Below are positions 47,700-57,249 of a DNA stretch of 64,000 bases, in pieces. Origin of the DNA: an uncultured Planctomycetaceae bacterium (GTDB lineage: Bacteria > Planctomycetota > Planctomycetia > Pirellulales > PALSA-1355); NCBI GenBank assembly GCA_963785305.1, contig CAWAUV010000008.1, forward strand, positions 288,001-352,000, written 5' to 3'. The notes below the pieces were generated by a model. The model searched no databases and was not told where the DNA came from. It saw only the letters and a list, made by a program, of their open reading frames with translations. A program made the position numbers and the translations under genes. Position 1 is the stretch's first letter, and the number at the start of each line of letters is the position of its first letter.

Positions 47700-48233
47700 A
47701 TGGCAGACATCAATATTCAATTTCACGCGCTCCCTGAGGAGCTTCGGCGGTTTGCCGAGCAATGTGTTCACGACTTCGATCTTCATGTTGTTGCGATGAA
47801 GTACTTTCCATTCGAGGCAAACGAAGTGCCGCAAGACTCGTTAAGCTCTGTTTTCTCAACCACGGCGCTGTTTCGCGAGCTTGCGTTTACGTTGGAACGT
47901 CCAGTTCTTCCTGTTGTGAGCAACCTAGATTTTTACGACAAGAACTCAAATAAACTGCGTCTAGACATTCAACGGCCGACAAAGGACGGGTTACGGCAGA
48001 CTTGGCTCGCTTGTCGAACGAACGACACGACGGCGTTGAGTGTCTGGAAGCAAATCGCGAAGCGGCTAAAAAAGATTACGAAAGCTGGCGTTATAGTAGT
48101 GAATCCCAATTCCGGTTGCTCCGCTCCCTGTTCCTCGTTTCGTTATACTGCCGGCGCGAAAGCGCTTGAGTGCGAAGGTGTTCGTATGCTCCCCGCCGCC
48201 GGAGGAAACATCATAAAATTTCCGAGCGATTAA
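47700..48233 (+). CDS. Putative immunity protein (allele 1)
   Basis: MADINIQFHALPEEL... starts 7 bp after the toxin stop; allele at 62008. Confidence 0.7.
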   Translation: MADINIQFHALPEELRRFAEQCVHDFDLHVVAMKYFPFEANEVPQDSLSSVFSTTALFRELAFTLERPVLPVVSNLDFYDKNSNKLRLDIQRPTKDGLRQTWLACRTNDTTALSVWKQIAKRLKKITKAGVIVVNPNSGCSAPCSSFRYTAGAKALECEGVRMLPAAGGNIIKFPSD

Positions 48234-48614
48234 CGATCTATTCAAGACTGGTGTCCCTATCCAGTGAATCTTGAGCGAACGTATGTTCGAGGGATCCGGC
48301 GTAAGATGTTGCTGAATGCGTGAACTTTGCGTCTCGTGTTCGCACGAGCGCGCAGTCGATCTTTGACAACTCGAGAACAGCGAGTGTCGATCGGTCGTCG
48401 GCTCGCGCCGCATGACAGCGCCGCTGATCTCGCGCAGGGAGCCGCGCGGTGCCAGCGAGCGAGTCGATAGAAGACGATCCGATTCACCACGGCGGACTCG
48501 ACGACACCATATCGGAAAAGCAAGTCCGTGGCGCGTCGGCGAACCATCTCGCTTCCTTGCCTTCTTCGTGTCTTTGTGCTCTTTGTGGTCACACTTCTTC
48601 GATCTCTCGACCGA

Positions 48615-50399
48615 CAGCGGGCGTTCAACACGTTCGATGGCGTCACCCTGACCGCCTCCGACAACGTCGTCCATAGCTTCGACCTCGCCGATCGCCTCTC
48701 GAGCGGCGGGCATGCCGGCAACGCCACCGAGAAGACGAACGAAACCGCGGTGGCGCGGAATCTGTTCTTCCAGAACTACCAAGGCGAGGGAGATGAGAGC
48801 ACGTCGCTGGCGGTGAACATCTCGCCGGAGACCACGACCAACAGCACTTGGCAAGGTAATGTCGGCAAAGCCACCACGGTCTCCGACAGCCCCGGCCAGC
48901 AGGTCACGATGACGGTCGATTCGCTGTACGGCAACGGGATTCCCACCTTTACCACGATCACCAGCGCGTCGAACCCGCAAACGAGCGTCGCGCCATTCTC
49001 GGGCGAGGGCGGCCCGAAGTCGGCGTTGCAAGCGGCGCACGCGGCGGCGTTTGCCTCGACCTACGAAGACGTGTTCGACGAAAACGCGATAACCACGCAA
49101 AGCACGCTCACGCCGACACCCACGCGCAGCTCGTCGCCCTGGGCCAGCTACTGGTCGAACGTCGCCGAAACCGCGAAGGGGTATTTCATCGACGGGCCGG
49201 TGAACATGGTGAAGGGCCTCGTGGAAAGCGCCTACCAACTCGTTACCGATCCCGTGGGCACTTTCAACAATTACGCGAACATCGTCCGGCATCCGTTCGA
49301 CACCGCGAAAGCGCTCTATCAGCATTACTCCGAGCTAGCGCAGTCGAACCGCGGCCAGGGCGAGATCGCCTTCGAGTTGGCGAGCGCGCTCGGCCCCGCC
49401 GGGCTGGCGAAACTCGACAAGATCCGCACGGCGAGCAAGATCGCGAAAGCCGCCGAAGCCGCCACCGTCGCCGACGCCAGCCGCGTCGCAACCATCGCCA
49501 CCGACACCGAGGAGGCGCTCGCCGCCGCCAAGGCCAACGAGGCGACACGGGCCGCCAAAGCCACGTCGACCTGCGAGGGTGAATTCGGCGGCTGCTTCTT
49601 CTCCGGCACGCCGGTGGCCACGGAGTTCGGTCACAAGTCCATCGAGAGCATTACGGCGGAAGATCGGGTGTGGGCCTGCGATCTGGTAACCAGCCGGTGG
49701 GAACTTCGCCCGATCGTTGAAACATATGTGACCGAGTACGTCGGCCAGAAGATTCGCACGAAAGTCGCCGGTGAATGGATCGCGTCGACATGGCATCACC
49801 CGATCTGGGTCGTCGAAGGCCGTGATCTCGCCGACCGCCCGCGGCCGGAGCACGTGAAACTCGCCGAAACCGCCGGCGCCACCGTCCCCGGCCGCTGGGT
49901 CGACGCGGGCGATCTGCGCGTCGGCGATTCGCTGCTCCTAAAAGACGGCCGCACGGCGCCGATCGAAGCCATCGAGGTTCACTTCGCCGTCGCCAAAGTT
50001 TATAATTTCCAAGTCGAGGGCTTGCACAACTACGCGGTAGGCAACGTCGAAGCGCTGGTGCATAACAATGCGCCTTGCCCGTTTTCGGGAGCGGGTAACA
50101 CTCCAAACACGAACACTGTGAACGGCATCAAGGCTGCTGGAAAGTTTGATGATACTGTTGGTTCGCTCGAAGAGGCTCGCGCCGCAGTCAAGAGCGCTCT
50201 CCCCAATGCCGTCGAACTGCCGCCAGCGATCCCCGGCCAACCATATCCGAGTCCTCCACCTGGCACAAAACAATGGTTCCAGGTCCAGCCGCGCGAACCA
50301 AATGTAGGAAATAATTTACCCCACATCAAATACGCTGACTGGACAAAGGGGAAAAAATTCACCGGCGGCAGTTGGGGGCACATCTTCTTCTCAGAATAA
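48615..50399 (+). CDS. Orphan cassette: class B stalk, HINT, unassigned small tip (possible RNase)
   Basis: Stalk matches the 44362 cassette; tip ...WFQVQPREPNVGNNLPHIKYADWTKGK...WGHIFF. Confidence 0.7.
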   Translation, partial: QRAFNTFDGVTLTASDNVVHSFDLADRLSSGGHAGNATEKTNETAVARNLFFQNYQGEGDESTSLAVNISPETTTNSTWQGNVGKATTVSDSPGQQVTMTVDSLYGNGIPTFTTITSASNPQTSVAPFSGEGGPKSALQAAHAAAFASTYEDVFDENAITTQSTLTPTPTRSSSPWASYWSNVAETAKGYFIDGPVNMVKGLVESAYQLVTDPVGTFNNYANIVRHPFDTAKALYQHYSELAQSNRGQGEIAFELASALGPAGLAKLDKIRTASKIAKAAEAATVADASRVATIATDTEEALAAAKANEATRAAKATSTCEGEFGGCFFSGTPVATEFGHKSIESITAEDRVWACDLVTSRWELRPIVETYVTEYVGQKIRTKVAGEWIASTWHHPIWVVEGRDLADRPRPEHVKLAETAGATVPGRWVDAGDLRVGDSLLLKDGRTAPIEAIEVHFAVAKVYNFQVEGLHNYAVGNVEALVHNNAPCPFSGAGNTPNTNTVNGIKAAGKFDDTVGSLEEARAAVKSALPNAVELPPAIPGQPYPSPPPGTKQWFQVQPREPNVGNNLPHIKYADWTKGKKFTGGSWGHIFFSE

Positions 50400-50422
50400 G
50401 ATTTCTCAGAAAGAGCGAAATA

Positions 50423-50659
50423 ATGTCGGCAATGATCGAAATTTATTATCGCAAACCGTTTAGTGCAGCGCGAGAGCTAGGAATTACAAGCTGTTTAAGT
50501 CGATTTAGCGGGAGTATAACGTGCAGAGAAGACGATACGATGGACACAATTTGTTTGACTGCGGAGTTTGCTTCGTGGACAAATGCAAAATTCGCGGCGA
50601 CAATGCTTAGAGAAGCAGGTGAGCATGTGGAAGGGCCATCGGATTATGGCTCCGATTGA
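50423..50659 (+). CDS. Small putative immunity protein
   Basis: MSAMIEIYYRKP...ICLTAEF...LREAGEHVEGPSDY; follows the toxin. Confidence 0.6.
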   Translation: MSAMIEIYYRKPFSAARELGITSCLSRFSGSITCREDDTMDTICLTAEFASWTNAKFAATMLREAGEHVEGPSDYGSD

Positions 50660-50768
50660 AGTGTTTGCTCTTTCCATCTTGGCCAGCTACTGGGAGGTAA
50701 CTGTTAAGCATTTCCTCTTTCCCGAAATTGGGTTTTCGGTCACATTGGGGAATTCAAAAGGGGTCAGG

Positions 50769-51070
50769 GTGCGCGGCGCGAAGCCGGAGGAGAGTAGCGA
50801 ATGAAAGAGTCGCACGAGGCAAGGCCTAGCCAGCCACCTCGGCCTCGAGTGATGCGTCGTGTCGGGCAACTGGCAGGGCGAAGCGTTCACAGAGGCACGG
50901 CCGGGCGGTGTATCGAGCTCCGAAAACATTCTTTTGTGGCGGCCGACCTTGTCCTGACAAAGGGAAGGCAACAGTGATGTCGAACGATCATGGCGAGTCC
51001 GACGTCTCCCTCACGGAGTCAGAGACCACAGGTACGATTGGAACCTTTCCTCGCGGAAGCCGGGAGGCTG
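50769..51070 (+). ncRNA. Group II intron 5' fragment (domain I), truncated
   Basis: Starts with the GTGCG consensus. Contains CGAAGCG..CACAG, TATCGAGCTCCGAAA, a GCCGAC...GAAGGCAAC stem, GGCGAGTC, GAGACC and GGAAGCCGGGAG blocks typical of bacterial group II intron domain I. No RT ORF and no DV/DVI seen. Confidence 0.75.
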
Positions 51071-51079
51071 GGTGCCATG

Positions 51080-51451
51080 CTACGCCGCCCAGTGTTTTGG
51101 GATTGTGGGCGGTGGAAGCTTTGTCGCGTGTTGGATTTGCGTTGTTGAGGCCGTTTTGATTTTCGGCGGTCCGGGGGGCTTCTCTCGTTTTTTCCGAGGG
51201 TAGTTGCGGGCGTCTTTGCTGCCATGACGCGTATATTCGTCGTGCGTGGCTCGGAGAAGCGCCTGCGAGAGGCTCTCGCGTCGCGGAGCGCGCCGGCCGT
51301 CCGGCCGCTGGTTGCGCATGGCCCGGCGCACGATGTCGCGGGTCCGCGCCACCGACCATTTTCGCGGCGATCGATTCCGCCTAATGCCGGGCACGATTTG
51401 CAGCAGGCCCAGGAGCCATAGCCCCAGCACGATCCATTCCGCTTCGGCGTG
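51080..51451 (-). pseudogene. C-terminal remnant of a probable IS4-like transposase
   Basis: AEAEWIVLGLWLL...DEYTRHGSKDARNYPRKKREKPPGPPKI basic tail; cut at the element A motif at 51452. Confidence 0.5.
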
Positions 51452-51710
51452 GAAAATCAAAGGGGTCAGGCCTCATTGATTTTGCTGGCGGTTGTTGGTA
51501 GACTTGCGGCCATGCTATGACCACCACGAGCCGAGCAATTCAAAGGGGTCAGGACTCATTGATTTCGCCGTTGGCGGCGTCGGCAACCCCACCGGCGGAA
51601 CCTAGCTGGCACCCGGTCCGGCCCAGGCCGATTCCAACGCCGACCGCGTCTTTGGGTACGGACCGATTCCGACGCGCTGGCCAATAAAAACGCCTCACTC
51701 TCGGACGGGC

Positions 51711-51911
51711 GGGAGCAAAGGGGACGCGAGTCGAATCGGGGGTCGGTTTTCTTGGGACGGCCGCGGGGACGAAGCGTCGATTGCAATCCACCGCGCGGTT
51801 TAGCGCATGGAAAATCAATCCCTTCGGCGGCATGCCCCCAGCTTAAGCCGGGACGCCTCAAACGTCGGTATCGACTCGCGACCCCGTTTTCGTTCGCCCT
51901 TTTCCGATCGA
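51711..51911 (-). mobile_element. MITE-like element B, internally deleted Y1/RAYT transposase (copy 1)
   Basis: Terminal inverted repeats AAAGGGGACGCGAGTCGA / TCGACTCGCGACCCCGTTT; minus strand encodes PKGLIFHALNRAV next to GLQSTLRPRGRPKK. Confidence 0.75.
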
Positions 51912-53712
51912 CAACGAGAACGTCGTCACCGGCGAAGTCGAACACGACGGCATCCAGGCCAGCGATTCGATCTCGGCTTCCTACAGCGGCTCGGGCATCC
52001 AGACCACGCTCGCCTCGCGCGACTTCAACCACGATTTCTCGAGCCAAAACGACGCCGACCATGGAATCGATAGCGGCGGTTCGCACGACGCTTCGAGCGA
52101 TAGCTACTCCCAAAGCGTGAGCGACAGTTATCCGAGCGAAGGCCAGGGCCCCAGCGGGCAAGACCAGATCGAAACATCGCTCGTCACGACCGCGGCCGAC
52201 AGCCAATGGGCCGCCGGCGCCGGCTCGGGCACAAGCCAATCCGACACCACGACCTATTCCTACGACGATGCGTTCAGCCCCGGCTACGGCAGCAGTTGGT
52301 CGAGCAGCCAAACAAGCGACCCCTCGCTTTCGACCTTCGCGACCGCCGGCAACGGCGGCCAGCGGCAATACACCGCCAGCGCCGTGACACTGGTCAGCCC
52401 GCATGTGGCCGTCTTCAGCGTTCCGCTCTCGACGAACGCGCCGGTCGTGGCCGACACGATCAAGGTGGAGGAAACCGTCCCGCAACAGGCGTGCTTCGTG
52501 GCCGATACCTTGATCTTGATGGCGGAGGCGCCGCCGAAGCGCATCGACCAAATCCGCGTGGGCGACGAAGTGCTCTGCAAGGACGACGGCGATCCATTCG
52601 GCGCGCCGCGGCGCCGCGTGGTCGATTCGCTCAAGCGGCACCCGCCGACGGCGCTGGTGAGCGTGCATGTTCGCGATGAACTCGGCGTCGAGCTGCAATC
52701 GCGCACGACGGGAAACCATCTCTTCTGGACAAAGGAAGCCGGCTGGCTCCAAGCGCGAAGGCTCGAGCCGGGCCACCACGTCATCGGCCACGACAACCGC
52801 TTGCATGAAGTCCAGAAAGTCGTCGATAATGGCGAAGTCGAGCCGGTTTTCAATTTCTCCGTCGCCGAGTGCCACACCTATTTCATCGCCAACCAAGATG
52901 GCGCGATGAGCGTGCTGGTGCATAATGATTATGTCACATACGAGGAAGGTAAGAATGGCGTAACACTGGTCTATTATCAAGAGAGTTTGTTCGGCGTCGC
53001 CGATCGTCCACCGGTTTTTATTGGTTCTCTTCAGGGCAACAACGTAATCCACATCGCGCCCGACGGCACGAAAACCGCGGCGTCGTTGGACGCGGTGACG
53101 AGCGAAGTGACAAGCCTCGGCACGACCGGCAACTGGGGTCAATGGTTCAACAAAAATGGTGTGAGCGCGGGCGCTCCAGCGGCGACGAACCTCGAACAGG
53201 AGAAAGGCGGCGCTTTTGCATTGCAACTGAAACTCGACGAGGACAGCAATGCCCAACGCGAGTTGCAAAAGCAAGAAACAATTCCGAAAATCATCGATGG
53301 CAAGACAAACTCAGTCGACATGGCCGAAGCCACATTGGAGCAGGTCACAGTCAACACGCCGATCGACGTCGGCCTCGCGATGGCGGGAGGGTTGGGCCCG
53401 CTCCATCATATCGCAACGAACAAAAACTGGATATCGACGTTGCGCGGCGGTCCCTGGAGCCCACGGTTCGCGGCGATTTTTGAAAAAGCGGGAATGACAC
53501 TTGAGGCTGCGGCGAACAAAATAAACATTCCGGGACACGCCGGACCGCATCCCGAAGCGTACCACAAAGAAGTATTTGATCGTTTGAGACGCGCGGTCAA
53601 CGGTCTCTCGGGTGAGGCATATAAAAATGCGCTCATGAACGAACTCAACGCGCTCTCGCAGGAAGCGACGACTGCGGGAACTGAACTCAACAAGCTTCTC
53701 AACGGCGAATAA
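51910..53712 (+). CDS. Orphan cassette: class C stalk, HINT, linker, AHH nuclease tip
   Basis: QQACFVADT...LVHND; LHHIATNKN...FEKAGMTL...N...IPGHAGPHPEAYH. Confidence 0.8.
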   Translation, partial: DNENVVTGEVEHDGIQASDSISASYSGSGIQTTLASRDFNHDFSSQNDADHGIDSGGSHDASSDSYSQSVSDSYPSEGQGPSGQDQIETSLVTTAADSQWAAGAGSGTSQSDTTTYSYDDAFSPGYGSSWSSSQTSDPSLSTFATAGNGGQRQYTASAVTLVSPHVAVFSVPLSTNAPVVADTIKVEETVPQQACFVADTLILMAEAPPKRIDQIRVGDEVLCKDDGDPFGAPRRRVVDSLKRHPPTALVSVHVRDELGVELQSRTTGNHLFWTKEAGWLQARRLEPGHHVIGHDNRLHEVQKVVDNGEVEPVFNFSVAECHTYFIANQDGAMSVLVHNDYVTYEEGKNGVTLVYYQESLFGVADRPPVFIGSLQGNNVIHIAPDGTKTAASLDAVTSEVTSLGTTGNWGQWFNKNGVSAGAPAATNLEQEKGGAFALQLKLDEDSNAQRELQKQETIPKIIDGKTNSVDMAEATLEQVTVNTPIDVGLAMAGGLGPLHHIATNKNWISTLRGGPWSPRFAAIFEKAGMTLEAAANKINIPGHAGPHPEAYHKEVFDRLRRAVNGLSGEAYKNALMNELNALSQEATTAGTELNKLLNGE

Positions 53713-53725
53713 TACTGGGTGTGAA

Positions 53726-54289
53726 ATGGATTATTGTCGATTACTAACTGATGACAAAGCATACGCGGATCGTTGGTTTCTTGGCGAGCCCGTGACCGAC
53801 GAGGGCATCGAGGTCGATGCGCGCGAATTTTGTTATGGCCGCCCGTATTCGGGCCCACGACCTGCCGTTGTTCCGATCCGCCAGTCAGGCCGGTCGGTGG
53901 CTTTCCATTTAGCCGCCTTCGACATGCCGGTCGTTTCGAGCGAGATCGCTGATGTGCTCGAACATTCCGCCCCGGCCGACATTCAACGCTTCCCCGTCAC
54001 GATTGGCAGCGGAATTCGTGGATTCGAGATACTCAACGTGGTTGGAACGGAGCGTTGCGTGGATGAAGTTCGATCAAAGGCACGAAAATGGGGACCCGAT
54101 GACGGCCGCCCGGACAAGGTCGGGCAATACCGCCAGATTACGCGTTTAATAATCGATCCGCGACGAACCATGGGTCGACATTTGCTCAGAATCTGGGGTT
54201 CGTTGGTGGAGTTGATTGTTTCGGAGAAAGTAATGGAATCACTTTCTTCGGTGCCCGATCTTGGAATTGTCTTTGAAAAAGTGACCTGA
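53726..54289 (+). CDS. Imm11/DUF1629-like immunity protein
   Basis: FHLAAFDMPVVS...DIQRFPV...ILNV...CVDE.RS...RPDKVGQYRQI..L.IDP...ELIVSE. Confidence 0.75.
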   Translation: MDYCRLLTDDKAYADRWFLGEPVTDEGIEVDAREFCYGRPYSGPRPAVVPIRQSGRSVAFHLAAFDMPVVSSEIADVLEHSAPADIQRFPVTIGSGIRGFEILNVVGTERCVDEVRSKARKWGPDDGRPDKVGQYRQITRLIIDPRRTMGRHLLRIWGSLVELIVSEKVMESLSSVPDLGIVFEKVT

Positions 54290-54327
54290 TATGCGTGTCG
54301 CTTGTCGTTCCGAATACCTCATCGGAC

Positions 54328-55484
54328 GAGGAAACGGTCCCGCAGCAAGCGTGCTTTGTGGCGGGAACGCCGGTGGTTGTGAAAGAAGGCTTCAAGCGGG
54401 TCGAGGATGTCAAACTCGGCGACGAGGTGGCCTGCAAGAGCGATGGCGACCCGTGGGGCGAGCTCTACTGGCGCGTGGTCGACCGGCTATTCAAACATGA
54501 CCCGACGCCGATTCTCGGCATCGAAATCGCCGGCCGCCTGATCCGCGGCACCGCGAACCACCTGTATTATGCGGAAGGTCGCGGCTGGATCAAAGTGCAC
54601 GAACTCCGCGTCGGCGATCAAGTCATCGGCCACGACGGCCGCTTGCACGCGGTGACCGCGATCATCGATAATGGCGAAGTCGAGCCGGTCTACAACTTCG
54701 CCGTCGCCGAACACCATACGTACTTCGTGGCGAGCCAAGACGGCGCGGTGAGCGCGCTGGTGCATAATGATTACATTCAATTTCACGCTAACGGCGTTTA
54801 CTGGGTTAACGAAAGCACCAACCCGCCGACGGAGACGAGAATCGGATACTTTGAGGACAGCCCTCAAAATGTGATTCTGGTAATTGGTGACACCAAGGAT
54901 GGTTCTAACAATACAATTACGTTGACCGATTTGAAGGCAGAAGCCCAAAAAATTACGCAATTAAAAAAACAGGGAAAGGTAGTTGTCCTCGTGACGCCGC
55001 CGCGCGATCTTGGCAAAGAAACCGACCTGAAGGCCGGACCTTATGGCGAACTGCAAAGCGCCAAAGGTTCGATCGAGAGCACGCTGAGAATTGGGCGCAG
55101 GCTATAGGCTGGACAGTAATTCACGTCGCGAACGTAAAAGAAGCTAACTTGAAACTGTCGGTTCTCTCGGAAGATAGTCCGATTGGAGCAATTATCGTCG
55201 AGGGACACGGAAACACTGGCTATCAATACATAGGTCCCATAGGTCCAGGCAGCACGAAAATCAAATCCGATGGAACGAACGTCGCGGAATTGTTTCAAGG
55301 AGTTGACTTCGCGAGCCAAGTTACAATAGTTCTCCACGGATGCAAGGTTGGCAGCGACAGGGCCGCCAGCGCGGCCCTAATTACAGCGATTCAAAGTCAG
55401 ATCCCGAACTCAACTGTCAAGGTTGACATTCAGTCCGGATTAACATACTCCGAAAATACGCCGCGATTGAACTTTACGCGGTAG
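54328..55484 (+). CDS. Orphan cassette: class C HINT plus putative caspase/C80-like peptidase tip; apparent frameshift near 55064
   Basis: HINT ACFVAGT...LVHND. One extra A in CAAAGG joins ORF 54295 to RFDREHAENWAQAIG...IIVEGHGN...IVLHGCKVG. Confidence 0.6.
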
Positions 55485-55496
55485 CGCTTTATTTCT

Positions 55497-56270
55497 ATGA
55501 AATACTCGTTTTCATTACGACTTTTGGCCATCATTACGGCTATCATTGGTCTCGCGTGCGCTGTAACTCCACGTGTGATCGACTGGATTCGATGGAAACA
55601 AGCAACTCGCTGTCAGTGCTGCGAGATTCAAGATATTCCAACAGATGGCGGGCTATTAGTATCGATAGAGACGCTTGTCGATGGCGAATGCCGTGATTTT
55701 GAATGGTCGTCGTTGCTCCGCTTGCTTTCAACCCGCGCCGACGAAATAGCTAACATCACGATCGAAGAGGCGGCGAGTTGTAATGGCGTGATCGACGACG
55801 ATGCGTTAAACGAACTTATTAAACTTCGCGAAATTAAAGCCCTCTACATATCACTGCGGCACTCACCCACCTTTCACTTCACGCGGGCATCGTTCGCCCG
55901 CCTGCGCGAGCTCTCGAAACTGCAAAAGCTCGCAATTCACGACGGCTCGATATTCACCGACCTTGACATTCGATGCATAGCGAAGTGTCCTTCGTTGCGC
56001 GAATTGACATTTTCAGACAACCAGTTTGCGCCGGGCGCATTGAGAGATTTAGCTGATAGCGTGCAACTTCGATGCTTGAGTTTTTACGGGTGCGATCTCA
56101 CCGATAGCGATCTTCTGGCAATAGCTAATATTTCTTCCTTGCGCAACTTATAGTTGTTTGCGTTGCGCCGAATCAGGCGAGCAACATAACTGATATTGGC
56201 GTCTCACAATTGCGAATTGCGCGCCCCGATTTAGGTTTCCAAATCGAAACGAACTGGAACGAACGGCAAG
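55497..56270 (+). CDS. Membrane-anchored leucine-rich-repeat protein, putative immunity (stop at 56153; an LRR cap continues in another frame)
   Basis: MKYSFSLRLLAIITAIIGLACA; L..L.KL.I, L..L.F..C.LTD repeats; downstream NITDIGVSQLRIARPDL. Confidence 0.65.
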
Positions 56271-56372
56271 TTCCGATCGTGCAGTTCTCCGATTCTATTG
56301 CACCTGGCTCTCCCATTCGTCTCAAAGATGCCGCCGAAGGAAAGAACAATCCGAGGTAAGTGTTGAAGCCGT

Positions 56373-56600
56373 TGTCCCTCCCGAAAACCCCGTCGGAGGG
56401 GATCGTGATGCCAAGTAGGGTTGATTTCGCGAAGTTGGTTTCGGCGGTGCTCAAGAAAAATCGCCGGCGTTGGAGTGAAAACGGGTCCGGAGGGCCTGTT
56501 TTCACTCCTGGGCGCGCGGCCTTGCCTTCGGCGTGTCGCCGTGATGAGAGGTCGTGAAGGCGCGAGGAAGCGTCAAGCGGCGCGGGTGTAGCGGTGATGG
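56373..56600. repeat. IS481-like element end (third copy of the 2101/2309 unit)
   Basis: TGTCCCTCCCGAAAACC...GTCAAGCGGCGCGGGTGTAGCGGTGATGG; a shorter copy lies at 59807-59838. Confidence 0.8.
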
Positions 56601-56602
56601 GG

Positions 56603-56803
56603 GGGAGCAAAGGGGACGCGAGTCGAATCGGGGGTCGGTTTTCTTGGGACGGCCGCGGGGACGAAGCGTCGATTGCAATCCACCGCGCGGTTTAGCGCAT
56701 GGAAAATCAATCCCTTCGGCGGCATGCCCCCAGCTTAACCCGGGACGCCTCAAACGCCGGTATCGACTCGCGACCCCGTTTTCGTTCGCCCTTTTCCGAT
56801 CGA
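56603..56803 (-). mobile_element. MITE-like element B (copy 2)
   Basis: 201 bp, near-identical to 51711-51911. Confidence 0.75.
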
Positions 56804-56807
56804 TAGC

Positions 56808-57249
56808 GAAAAATCAAAGGGGTCAGGCCTCATTGATTTTGCTGGCGGTTGTTGGTAGACTTGCGGCCATGCTATGACCACCACGAGCCGACGAAGCGGG
56901 CGGCGTCTGCCATGCCCTGAATCGAGCGAATGCCCGGGCCAAGATATTCCGCAACGACGCGGATTACGAAGCCTTCGAGCACGTGCTCGGTGAAGGGCTC
57001 GCGCGGCACGCCGTCGACTTGTTCTCTTACCAGTTGATGCCCAGCCACTGGCGCCGCTATCGGAACGAGAGCTCGCTGCGGCGCCCCGCGAGGGACTCCC
57101 TTCGGCGAGCCGACTTGGACCGAAGCGACGATAAGGCGCCCGCGGCTGACCTCGAACCTACGACCTCGTGGTCGTCCGCAAGCGCATTTTTCCGATACGG
57201 CTCCCGACCCTACACCAAACAATGGGTCCTGACCCCTTGGAATTCTTCG
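56808..57249 (+). mobile_element. Element A, full copy 1: internally deleted Y1/RAYT HUH transposase with ~30 bp imperfect terminal inverted repeats
   Basis: From 56869: ML*PPRADEAGGVCHALNRANARAKIFRNDADYEAFEHVLGEGLARHAVDLFSYQLMPSHW, then RGTPFGEPTW...SNLRPRGRP. Right end CAATGGGTCCTGACCCCTTGGAATTC is the inverse of the left motif. Confidence 0.8.

Noticed and set aside
56808..57249. Active autonomous transposase
   Set aside because: Stop at codon 3, HUH motif degenerate (SHWR), and the central region with the catalytic Tyr is deleted.
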